From positions 1,728,001 to 1,792,000 of the forward strand of contig CAWGMQ010000003.1 in NCBI GenBank assembly GCA_963823665.1: a DNA stretch of 64,000 nucleotides, given 5' to 3'. The stretch is from an uncultured Planctomycetota bacterium. GTDB taxonomy: Bacteria; Planctomycetota; Planctomycetia; Isosphaerales; Isosphaeraceae. The position numbers and the translations under genes are program-made. The notes under the pieces are model-generated. The model worked only from the letters and a program-made list of their open reading frames with translations. It had not been told where the DNA came from and made no database searches. Shown here piece after piece: positions 30,901 through 40,003 of this stretch (positions within the stretch are counted from its first letter, which is position 1; each line of letters begins with the position of its first letter).

Positions 30901-32407
30901 GAACGCCACGGCATTAACCACGCCCTCGTGCGAGAAAACTGCCTTGAGCCCGATTTCATGGCTCTGCCAGCCAGCCAGGCTCGCCCGGGCCGTGTGTTGC
31001 CAACCAAGGTCACCGGCGGCGACACCCGAACGCCAGGTCTCGATCATCTCGAGCAGACCGGATCCGATCTGCCCCTTGTCGAAGGCGACCTGCCCGCGCT
31101 CGAAGTGGAGGGCAGCGAGCCGCTGGTTCGAGGTGGCCAACAGGGCTTGCGAGTTATCGAACGACTTCTTGAGATCTATCGCGATGGCGGCATTCTCGTT
31201 GCGCGACCTGACTTGCGCGAGCATAGAGCACGGCGAGCACGGCCACGGCAACTAACGCCGCCGCCACGGCGCCGAGCGATCCGGCCAGCGACGGGTTCCG
31301 CCGGCACCACCGCCAGGCGCGCTCGATGGCCCCGACCGGCCGCGCCATGATCGGCTCGCCGGCCTGGAACCGGCGCAGGTCATCCGCCAGCGCGGCGGCC
31401 GATTCATAGCGACGGGCAGGGTCTTTCTGGAGGCATTTGAGCACGATCGTCTCAACATCGCCCGGCACGCCGGGCACCAGCCGTGACGGGGGCACCGGCT
31501 CGGCCGTTTTGACCTGCTGCACGGTCTCGAACACGGTCGCGCCGCGGAACGGCGGCCGGCCGGTCAAGAGTTCGTAGAGGATCACCCCGAGGGCGTAGAG
31601 GTCGGCGGCCGAGCCCACTCGCTTGGCATTTCCCTCGGCTTGCTCCGGGGCCATGTAGCTGGGCGATCCCATGATCGCGCCCGACTGGGTCAGACCGGAG
31701 TCGGAGTCGATCGATTTGGCGAGTCCGAAGTCGGCGAGCTTGGGAATACCATCGTTGGTAAGCAGGACGTTGCCTGGCTTGAGGTCGCGATGGATGATGC
31801 CCAGACGATGGGCTTCCCCGGTAGCGAGCGCCAACGTCTCGAGCATCGCGGCGGCGCGGAGGGGAGCCCAGGGCGTGCCGTCGAGCTTCTGTGCGAGACT
31901 TCCCCCCTCGACGTATTCGAGCTCGATGTAGGTTCGGCCGTCATGCTCGCCGATCGTGTAGATCTGCACGACGTTCGGGTGTCGAAGCTTGGCGACGGTC
32001 TCGGCCTCGGACAGGAATCGAGCAGTGGCGGCGGAGCCAGCGTGGTGGCCAGCCAGGATCATCTTCATGGCGCAAGGGCGCTGAAGGCGGACCTGGCGTG
32101 CCAAGTAGACCACACCCATACCGCCGCGTCCCAGCTCGCCGAGGATCTCATAGCCCGGCACGACCAAGCCGGCGGCAACGGTGTCGCCGGACGTCGAGCC
32201 GTCGGCCGTGATCGAATCGCGGCCGCTGCCAGAAGGTGCGAAGGTTGCGGTGCGGTCGTCGTCGTCGCAACTGTCGGGCAAGGTCTCGGCAACAGCCGCA
32301 CCGGGGGTGTCGGGCGCAAGCCTCTCCTCGGACGCAGTGGTTTGCGGATCCTGGGTGTTGCCTTCGTGCTCCACGGTTTCGGCAAGAGTCGGAACGGCAT
32401 CGTCCAT
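27958..32407 (-). CDS. Hanks-type Ser/Thr kinase - TM - 15 WD40 repeats - TPR (frameshift near 31220)
   Basis: '[10 protein letters not shown]', 'HRDLKPGN', 'DFGLAK', '[10 protein letters not shown]'; TM after 'WRWCRRNP'; 42-aa repeats '[30 protein letters not shown]'; TPR-like tail. Confidence 0.92.
29080..30935 (-). repeat. 126-bp coding tandem repeat (15 WD40 units)
   Basis: Recurrent DNA strings 'ttgccgtcggggctgaacgccac' and 'cccagagccgcgccgt' at ~126-bp spacing. Confidence 0.9.
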
Positions 32408-32594
32408 CGCGGCGGCCTCGGTCTCAGGCGGTAATTGACACGGCAAATCACATCACGTTACACCGCCGGTCGCAAGGATTCGGAAAGTGAGTCGCGGATC
32501 AACGCGGACGCGCGCGGATCGAAAGCAGAGAATCTGGGCGCTGCTCGGTGAGATTCGATCATCCACGGACGGCGTCATCGCGGTCAAGGCGGAT

Positions 32595-32835
32595 ACTGCT
32601 ATTGACGACCTGGGACGTTGGATGCAGTGGCTGCTCACGACGCATGCCCGGCGCTACCACGGCCATCACGGCACAACAGGGCACGTCTGGCAGGGGCGAT
32701 TCAAGGCCTTTCCGGTTCAGGATGACAACCATCTCGTTTCGGCGCTCCGCGATGTCGAGCGCGATGCGTTACGATCCGAGCTGGTGTCGCGGGCCCAGGA
32801 CTGGAAGTGGTCGAGCCTACCGGGTTTGGGGGCGC
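32595..32835 (+). mobile_element. fragment of a REP-associated tyrosine transposase (RAYT, IS200/Y1 family)
   Basis: 'DDLGRWMQWLLTTHARRYH..HGTTGHVWQGRFKAFPVQDD.HL', 'W.WSS'. The HUH N-terminus is absent and the usual Y.ERNP reads DVERDA. Confidence 0.8.
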
Positions 32836-32963
32836 GGCGATCCGTCGCTGTGGAAGGGGCCGGTTCGCGGGGTCGAGCTTTGTTTTTGGTTTTTGAGGCA
32901 GACAGGACATGCAGCGCAACAGGGTTTTGAGTATCACTTCAACGTGTTTCCATTACCACGTAT

Positions 32964-33032
32964 ATGGCAGGCGTACCGGACTTGGAATCCGGTCCTTGCA
33001 ACGGGGTGTGGGTTCAAGTCCCACCTTCGGTT
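32964..33032 (+). tRNA. 5'-truncated tRNA pseudogene, Leu-type body with TGG anticodon
   Basis: D-loop-like TGGCAGGCG; anticodon arm CCGGA-CTTGGAA-TCCGG (32976-32992); long variable arm; T arm GTGGG-TTCAAGT-CCCAC; 3' acceptor strand CTTCGGT. No pairing 5' strand and no CCA. Confidence 0.7.
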
Positions 33033-33299
33033 GTACATCTTAGGCCAAATCGCAACCTGCCGATTCGCCCTCAGTGGGATCAAATTGGGAACGGCGTTGC
33101 GGTGATGTTGGAGCCGCAACGATGGCTGCAATTGAAGAACGGTGCGAGCGGTGAGAAGTCAGTCCGCCGCTAGGCCGCGATCTTTGGCCGCCGCGGCAGG
33201 CCTCATCAGAAACCAAACGTCAAGATCCCTTCACCGATCGGGTGAAACGATACCGCCAGCCAGATTCTGGGAACGGGATGGTCAAGGCGATGGGTCCCG

Positions 33300-33611
33300 T
33301 CATGTCTCCGCAATCGGGGAGGACGCCTTCGCGCCGTCGAGGACTTCCCGGACGGCGGTGGAGTTCAAGAAAATGGCGTGGAGCCCTTCATCCCGGACGT
33401 TCGCGGCGATCTCGCCGACGATGGCCGCGGCCTGTGCGAAGGCTCCTCACGCTGTTTCTCCGTCGCCCATCAGCCGTCGCAATCGGCCGAGCACCACGTA
33501 ACTCTTCCAGGCAACGAGGGGCGCAGGATAGCTGTGCAGTTGATCGAAAGCCGCGGCCAGGCTCGCCTCGGCGTCGGCCAGGTCGCCGCGCGCCATGGCA
33601 ACTTCGGCTAG
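33300..33611 (-). pseudogene. C-terminal remnant of a helical-repeat protein (tail type seen on large AAA-ATPase/TPR regulators), with internal stop
   Basis: Manual translation: [90 protein letters not shown]. Confidence 0.55.
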
Positions 33612-33740
33612 CACGGTCCCGCTCGGCAGGTTGGGTACACCCGATGAGATCGCCAGGGCCGTGGTGTTCCTCGCATCGGACGACAGCAGCTACATCACGG
33701 GAACGGAATTGTTCGTGGACGGCGGTTTCGCACAGGTGTA
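33610..33740 (+). pseudogene. C-terminal remnant of a short-chain dehydrogenase/reductase
   Basis: '[42 protein letters not shown]'; the rest of the SDR is absent. Confidence 0.85.
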
Positions 33741-33745
33741 CGCCG

Positions 33746-34441
33746 TCAATGGCGGAGAGGCACGGCACCAACAGCAAACACCCGCGGCGTCGGCTGGCCG
33801 CCCGACGCCCGGTCGCCGCCTACGGACGAACCGTCCAGCGCTGCCTCCTGCAGGCGCTCGCGGGCTTTGGCCACCCAAGCGTGCCAGCAGTGCAATGCGT
33901 GTCCTGGCGCTCTAGGAAAGAGCGACTTGACAGCGCGCACGAGAACGGGACGGATGAAGTCGAATCCTTCGCCTCCGGTTAGGACACCATTGCGATACAC
34001 CGCGAGGAGGTTGCAATGAAAGCACAGCAGAACGTCTATTTCGTCCGCACCGGCGTAGAAGCGAATTCGCACCCCGTAGCTCGGCGCGCAACCTCTAGGA
34101 ACTTCGATTCCATGAGCGCCGCTCGATGTGAGCGTGTTGCCGATTTGCGACGCCAAAGCCTCCGGAAGCTGAATCGGACCGCCGATTGTAGGGTAATCGG
34201 CGAGACGTGCCGTGCCAGGATTGAGTCCGTTCGGCAGCCGCCCGATCCTGAAAGCCTCTGCCCGCGACGCCCCGGACACGGCCGCGCGAGGACCCTCTCC
34301 ACCGAACATCCGCACAATCGCCTCCGCGCGTTCCCGTTCCTCGCGCGCTGCCCTAAAGCCAAGCAACACGGCGATTGACAAAACTGAGAGAGCGACAACT
34401 GGGAGGAAATACCGCGCGCTAAAACGCTTCTTGATGAGCAT
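33746..34441 (-). CDS. hypothetical membrane-anchored protein
   Basis: N-terminal TM; '[11 protein letters not shown]...DVLLCFHC'. The last ~55 codons may be read-through into the scar region. Confidence 0.55.
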   Translation of the reverse strand: MLIKKRFSARYFLPVVALSVLSIAVLLGFRAAREERERAEAIVRMFGGEGPRAAVSGASRAEAFRIGRLPNGLNPGTARLADYPTIGGPIQLPEALASQIGNTLTSSGAHGIEVPRGCAPSYGVRIRFYAGADEIDVLLCFHCNLLAVYRNGVLTGGEGFDFIRPVLVRAVKSLFPRAPGHALHCWHAWVAKARERLQEAALDGSSVGGDRASGGQPTPRVFAVGAVPLRH

Positions 34442-34619
34442 CAGACGATAACCCGCGGTGCCCAGGCGAACAATGTGCGCTTGCTCTGGTCGGATCAAGC
34501 CGCCTTCGGATACACTAACGGGTCTCGAATCTCTGAGCGTGAGCTTTGGGATTCACGATTTGAGATTCAGGACTTTTCCTCTTTATTGCGGTTCCAGCCC
34601 GCGCCTCGTGAGGTTTGCC

Positions 34620-34748
34620 GTGCCATTCCGTCCCCGCAAGAAAAAGTTTCGCCAGACCAAGTTTCACCGCTGCCCGCGCTGTGGCGGCCAGGTGCGCCGG
34701 CGCTCCGTGCGCTGCAAGAAGTGCGCGGAGCCGCAGAAACGCAAGTGA
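34620..34748 (+). CDS. small basic zinc-ribbon protein (42 aa)
   Basis: GAGG RBS plus GTG; MPFRPRKKKFRQTKFHRCPRCGGQVRRRSVRCKKCAEPQKRK (CxxC-x10-CxxC). Confidence 0.6.
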   Translation: MPFRPRKKKFRQTKFHRCPRCGGQVRRRSVRCKKCAEPQKRK

Positions 34749-34782
34749 TTCGCCCCACGGCCAACGCGTGATGTGACAGAAC

Positions 34783-34838
34783 CCCTTCGCAGAGCGAAGG
34801 GCGACACTGCACTCGTTCCGACGCTCCGCGTCGGAACG
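34783..34838. repeat. two adjacent REP-like palindromes between convergent genes
   Basis: CCCTTCGC-AGA-GCGAAGGG (34783-34801) and CGTTCCGACGC-TCC-GCGTCGGAACG (34814-34838). Confidence 0.75.
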
Positions 34839-34928
34839 GAATCTTCTGCCGCTCCGCGGCGCGCCGCGCCCGATCCTCGCGCAAACGCCCGGCCACCTTC
34901 CTGCCCCAACGGCCGGCAGCGCCAGACT

Positions 34929-35252
34929 TCAATCCATCGGTCGCGTCCCGGGCGGAACCCCCGTGACCGACGAGCGGTTGATGACGCGCACCCAGAGATC
35001 GTTCTGCACGCGGATTTGACATGAAAGCCGCGTGTTTGGCTCGAGGTCGGTTTCTTGCGCCAGCCGCCCTTGCTCGAGCGGCTCCATCGGGGGCACGTCT
35101 CCCGCGAGAACCACGACCCGGCACGTGGTGCACCGGGCGTTGCCGCCACAACGGTGCATGATGTCGATGCCGGCGTCCTCGATCCCCAGAACGAGCTTCT
35201 TCCCCGCTTCCACCTCGAACGACTTCTCACCATCAACCGTCACGGTAGGCAT
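34929..35252 (-). CDS. 2Fe-2S ferredoxin
   Basis: 'HRCGGNARCTTC' and 'RLSCQI'. Confidence 0.92.
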   Translation of the reverse strand: MPTVTVDGEKSFEVEAGKKLVLGIEDAGIDIMHRCGGNARCTTCRVVVLAGDVPPMEPLEQGRLAQETDLEPNTRLSCQIRVQNDLWVRVINRSSVTGVPPGTRPMD

Positions 35253-35458
35253 TCATTGGGCTCCTGTTTATTGGCAATGACCCGGCAACAGGCCAGGAGA
35301 CTCGTCGGGCGGAGCCGGCTCCGACAGTAGGAGGAAACTCCGACTTCCGACTCCGGCGTTACGCCGATTGCCACGTCATCAACTCGCGTCAATTCAGGAG
35401 CACCAGTGTACCCGAGCGATCTGGAAGTGGGTATCGACTTCCCCCTTCAGAATCGAGC

Positions 35459-35878
35459 TCAGCGCACGCCCAGCGGAATCGTTTTGTTCACTCCATCGAG
35501 CTGGACGATAAGCGTGCCGTCCACGTCGCCCTTCTTGAAGAGCGCGGGTCCGGGCGGAGTGACGAGCGCATCGCCTTCGGGCCTGAGCGCGACTTTCTTG
35601 CCGCTGGCTAGTGTGAGCGTGCCTGCCGAAGGGGTTGGCGAATACGGCGTGTACGCGTCCTTGAAGAAATAGAACGACACCTCGGAACTGATGGATTGCG
35701 ATGACGCCGAAGAATCCTTCTTCACGACTTCGACTAGACCGGTCCCGCCCGGCAGTTTGATCGATACACCGCCATGAGGCGGTGGCTCTCCGGGATCGGA
35801 TGTGGATGGCGGGCCGGTGCCGCATCCCAGCGAGATCCCCAGACAAAGGAGACCGGCAACGCGCGTGAACCATCGCAT
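35459..35878 (-). CDS. lipoprotein downstream of DUF1559 gene
   Basis: Lipobox-like 'ISLGC' and a 'PPHGG' motif. Confidence 0.7.
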   Translation of the reverse strand: MRWFTRVAGLLCLGISLGCGTGPPSTSDPGEPPPHGGVSIKLPGGTGLVEVVKKDSSASSQSISSEVSFYFFKDAYTPYSPTPSAGTLTLASGKKVALRPEGDALVTPPGPALFKKGDVDGTLIVQLDGVNKTIPLGVR

Positions 35879-36004
35879 GATCAGCCTCGTGCGTTTCAAG
35901 TGACCGATCCCTCCCGGCGCGCCGCCGAGAGGGATCCAAGGCGAACCTCTTCACGATGAAATGGGGGCCTGTGACCCGGACGGCTGTTGGGAAATGGCTC
36001 GTCG

Positions 36005-37177
36005 TCAGTACTGATCCGAGCTGATCACCTCGCCGCCATTCCGGGTCGAGAGCTGTTGATAAACACCGAGGATCGCGTTGCCGTTCGGGCCGTAGTTGGC
36101 GAGGTAGCTCCCCGATTTGATGGCGGGTGCGGTCGCGGAAACGGTTACAAAGGTCGTGTTGTCGGGCATGGCGTCGCCATAGCTGTCCGCGTTGCCCGTG
36201 TTGTACGTCCACGAGCTGATCGAATTTTTGATAAAGCGGACCGAGCCGTCGCAGAAGGCGAAATTGCAGCCGCTGGGGTGATTGCTGCCCGCCGCGGTCG
36301 GGTAGTAGTAGCTGTACGCATTGTTGGGAATTCCCGCGTTGTTCCCGATCGCGAGGTTAAGGGGATACTGGGTGGCGAAGAGCGTGTCATACCAACGGCC
36401 CGAGTTCCATGAGTTGTCGGAAACAGCATACCCCGGATCGAGCAGGAACAAGTGGTACTTGCTGTGCTCGCCGAAGGAAAACGTGTTACTGGTGCCGTCG
36501 GTGATGGCGGCAATCCGGACAGCGCTGTCGTTGTAGATCACACCATTGAACTGAGAGAGCACCGTTGTCGACATCAGGTTGCTATAGCCGAACGTGAATG
36601 TGCCGGCATTGCCGGCATAGCTCGTGAACTGCTGGTTCCAATTGCCCGGAGGCAGGGGGTAAACCTCGTTAAAGCTCCAACCGGGCGACACACCTCCAGA
36701 GGAGGCTCGCTGAGCGGGCAGCGCAATTGAGTCGTTCTGGACATCACTCGGGCAAATCAGGGACGCGACCCGCACGCCCGCGATCGTCAAGTTGGCGGCT
36801 GCGGCCGACGTGCCGACGCTGAAATTGATCGCGTTGAACATGGGCCCTTGGTCGAAGAACCCGAGCATCCGAGCGAAGCAGCTAAAGTTCTCAGGGTAAG
36901 TACTCCAGACCTGGTATCCGTTGGCGAGCGCGCCGGCCCAGTTGGCGCCATTTACCGAGTACGAGCCGCCCGGCAGCGTTCCGTTGCTCGATTCGTAGTT
37001 CATCGCCGCCAAGGCGATCTGTTTGAGGTTATTGGTGCACTGAGCACGGCGAGCAGCTTCGCGCGCAGACTGGACAGCAGGCAAGAGTAGCGCAATCAGC
37101 ACGGCGATGATCGCGATGACGACGAGCAACTCGATCAGCGTAAAGCCGGAACGACGGCTACGAGGCTTGTTGACCAT
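36005..37177 (-). CDS. DUF1559 prepilin-type N-terminal cleavage/methylation, H-X9-DG domain protein
   Basis: '[44 protein letters not shown]', 'ITDGTSNT', '[16 protein letters not shown]'. Confidence 0.95.
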   Translation of the reverse strand: MVNKPRSRRSGFTLIELLVVIAIIAVLIALLLPAVQSAREAARRAQCTNNLKQIALAAMNYESSNGTLPGGSYSVNGANWAGALANGYQVWSTYPENFSCFARMLGFFDQGPMFNAINFSVGTSAAAANLTIAGVRVASLICPSDVQNDSIALPAQRASSGGVSPGWSFNEVYPLPPGNWNQQFTSYAGNAGTFTFGYSNLMSTTVLSQFNGVIYNDSAVRIAAITDGTSNTFSFGEHSKYHLFLLDPGYAVSDNSWNSGRWYDTLFATQYPLNLAIGNNAGIPNNAYSYYYPTAAGSNHPSGCNFAFCDGSVRFIKNSISSWTYNTGNADSYGDAMPDNTTFVTVSATAPAIKSGSYLANYGPNGNAILGVYQQLSTRNGGEVISSDQY

Positions 37178-37615
37178 GTGGACTCTCCTTGGATGCCGAC
37201 AGAGACGCATTTCCGCTCACGAAAAGAAGAGCCGCGATTATTTCGCGCGGTTGAGAAGCTCGCATGAAGCGCACGTAAAGATCAGTTGACGTTTGCTTCA
37301 CACTTTATGTGCAAATGCTGGGGCGGGTGCACGCCTGGATGCGGCTTCAAGCGTGCGACTGGCAGGGTCTTGCAATGCACGGTAAGCTGTGCCATATTTC
37401 ACGATCTACCTTCCCCGAACCCGAGACCGTGCGCAGCGCGTGCAGGCAAACAGGGGATCTTGATCCCGAAGCGGGTCGAGAGCGTCGCCCCGCGAGCGGT
37501 CGAATGTGCCGCTCGCAGGCGCGCCGCTGGTGCCGGCGCGTTTCTCAATGACAGTCAAGCGGAAGTGAAGGCGTTCGGGTGAGGTCTTGAGCACACCATC
37601 GGGGGATACGACGAG

Positions 37616-39976
37616 ATGAGCTGGCAGGTGGGTCTTTACGCGACCGCCGTGCTGATCCCACTGGCCGCCTTCGCGGTTGAGGCGATCTTGATCCGGCAAT
37701 TGAAGCGGCTGAACGCGTACATCGCGACGGGGGCGATCGCATTCTCGTGCCTGCTCTCGCTCATCGGCTTCTTGAGCTACGCGTGGGAGAGCAACTTCTT
37801 CCACGCGGCCACCGAATCACAAGCTGGCGAAGCCGAAGCGGGTCACACGCCGGCGGCCACCGAGCACGCCTCCGGCGCAGAGCACGGCCACCACAAGCCG
37901 GTCGTCTGGTCGCGTGATTTCGACTGGGTCATCCTCGGGTCAAGCGCGCTCCCCGCGAACGCGGCCGGAGCCGGGAATCGACCGAACCTGGTTGTTCCTC
38001 TGGGCATCGCGATCGACGGCCTGAGCGCCATCATGTTCCTCATGGTCACGTTCATCGCGACGTTGATCCACATCTACTCGATGGGATACATGCACGACGA
38101 CCCGCGATACCCGCGGTTCTTCACGTATCTCTCGCTGTTCTGCTTCTCGATGCTCGGTCTCGTCGCCTCGCCGAATGTGTTCATGATCTTCATCTTCTGG
38201 GAGCTGGTCGGCGTCTGTTCGTACCTGTTGATCGGATTCTGGTACGAGGAGAAGTCGAATTGCGACGCCGCCAACAAGGCGTTCATCGTCAATCGCGTGG
38301 GCGATGTCGGCATGCTGATGGGGCTCGGGCTGCTCTGGACCAGCCTGGGAACCTTCAGCTTCAAGGACATCAGCGAGGGGCTGCGGAACTCGGGCGGAGG
38401 CTTGAACATCAACACCGTGCGCAGCGCCGACGCAGTCGTTGAGATCAGGCCCAATCCTGCGAGCTTCGAAGTCGCCAAGGACCCCATCACGGGCAAGAAC
38501 CGAGAGATTCCGTACTGGATGTTGACTCTGGCGGGGCTCGGCATCTTCGCCGGCTGCGTGGGCAAGAGCGCTCAGTTCCCGCTCCATGTCTGGCTGCCGG
38601 ACGCCATGGCCGGGCCGACGCCTGTCTCCGCCTTGATCCACGCGGCGACGATGGTGGCCGCCGGCGTCTATCTGGTCGGGCGGTTTTATGCGCTGTTCAC
38701 GCCCGAAGTGCTGCTCTACATCGCCTATACGGGCGGCATCACGCTGTTCATCGCCGCAACGATTGCCATGGTGCAAAGCGACTACAAGAAAGTCCTCGCT
38801 TATTCGACGGTGAGCCAGCTTGGGTTCATGATGCTCGCGCTCGGTGTCGGCGGCTGGGCTGCCGGGCTCTTTCACCTGATCACCCACGCGTTTTTCAAGG
38901 CTCTGCTTTTCCTGGGCGCCGGCAGCGTCTATCACAGCGTTCACACCTACGAGATGCCCGTCCTGGGAGGCCTGCTCAAGAAAATGCCCCGCACCGGCTA
39001 CGCCATGCTGGTCGGAACGCTGGCCATCTCAGGAGTGCCGTTTTTCAGCGGCTTCTACTCGAAGGATGCAATCCTCGCCGCGGCCCTGGCACGCGTGAGC
39101 CACGATCCTAGTCATTTTCTCCTGTTCGTGCTGCCGGCGGTCGGAGCCGTGCTGACCGCGTTTTACATGATCCGGATGTGGTGTTTGACCTTCGCGGGTG
39201 AGCCCCGCGGCTTCCCATCGGCGGCCGAGGCCGTGCATTCCCACGTCCATGACGACGAACACGCCTTGCCGCATTCGCACCGGCCTGGGCACGGCCACGA
39301 CACGAACCCGGCGGCCCATGCGCACGAGAGCGAGCCCATCATGACCTGGCCGCTCATCATCCTGGCGGTCTGCAGCATATTCAGCGGCTGGACGCTTTGG
39401 TTGGGACTTCCGATCGGAATCCCCGTGCTCGAGCATATGCTCGAATATACCGAGCCTTACAAGAAAGCGTTCGAGATTCACGCGCAGCACCATTATGGCG
39501 CGATGGCCGCTTCCGCCTTGATCTTGTTCGTCGGCATCGGGGCCGGCCTACTCTATTACGCACCCAGGGGCCTCCCGTATTTTGTGCCGACCCGATTCAG
39601 TGCAGCCCGGACGGCCGCACGGCTGGGCGGGCTCTACGGCTTCCTGGTGCACAAGTGGTATTTCGACGAGCTGTACTGGGCCGTCTTCGTGCGCCCGTGC
39701 CTCTACATCGCGCGGTTCTGCCAGCAGATCGACAAGATCCTGATCGACGGCTTGGTCGACGGCTCGGCGAGGGTTACCGCAATGCTCAGCAAGCTGGATG
39801 GTGTCTTCGACGTGATTGCCGTCGATGGGCTCGTGAACTTGTTCGGCAAGGTGGTCTACGTGGTAGGTGATTGGAGCCGCGGGATTCAGACGGGCCGACT
39901 GCGAAACTATTTGATGATCCTGGCCATCGGATTGGTCGGACTCTTCGCCGGGGTCTTTTACTGGATTCGAAGCTAA
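37616..39976 (+). CDS. nuoL: NADH-quinone oxidoreductase subunit L
   Basis: 'WELVGVCSYLLIGFW', 'KAFIVNRVGD', 'GKSAQFPLHVWLPDAMAGPTPVSALIHAATMVAAGVYL', 'FHLITHAFFKALLFL'. Confidence 0.95.
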   Translation: MSWQVGLYATAVLIPLAAFAVEAILIRQLKRLNAYIATGAIAFSCLLSLIGFLSYAWESNFFHAATESQAGEAEAGHTPAATEHASGAEHGHHKPVVWSRDFDWVILGSSALPANAAGAGNRPNLVVPLGIAIDGLSAIMFLMVTFIATLIHIYSMGYMHDDPRYPRFFTYLSLFCFSMLGLVASPNVFMIFIFWELVGVCSYLLIGFWYEEKSNCDAANKAFIVNRVGDVGMLMGLGLLWTSLGTFSFKDISEGLRNSGGGLNINTVRSADAVVEIRPNPASFEVAKDPITGKNREIPYWMLTLAGLGIFAGCVGKSAQFPLHVWLPDAMAGPTPVSALIHAATMVAAGVYLVGRFYALFTPEVLLYIAYTGGITLFIAATIAMVQSDYKKVLAYSTVSQLGFMMLALGVGGWAAGLFHLITHAFFKALLFLGAGSVYHSVHTYEMPVLGGLLKKMPRTGYAMLVGTLAISGVPFFSGFYSKDAILAAALARVSHDPSHFLLFVLPAVGAVLTAFYMIRMWCLTFAGEPRGFPSAAEAVHSHVHDDEHALPHSHRPGHGHDTNPAAHAHESEPIMTWPLIILAVCSIFSGWTLWLGLPIGIPVLEHMLEYTEPYKKAFEIHAQHHYGAMAASALILFVGIGAGLLYYAPRGLPYFVPTRFSAARTAARLGGLYGFLVHKWYFDELYWAVFVRPCLYIARFCQQIDKILIDGLVDGSARVTAMLSKLDGVFDVIAVDGLVNLFGKVVYVVGDWSRGIQTGRLRNYLMILAIGLVGLFAGVFYWIRS

Positions 39977-40003
39977 ACATTCTAGCGAACGGGTGACTGC
40001 CCC

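Noticed and set aside
29080..30935. Regularly spaced DNA repeats resembling a CRISPR array
   Set aside because: The 126-bp period is in frame and encodes WD40 units. There are no unique spacers and no cas genes.
33445..33452. In-frame TGA as selenocysteine
   Set aside because: It lies in a truncated remnant in a non-redox helical context. A CGA-to-TGA nonsense change is more plausible.
37616..39976. DabB/Mrp-type carbon or cation transporter
   Set aside because: No DabA-like partner or mrp subunits are adjacent, and the neighbour is a typical NuoM.
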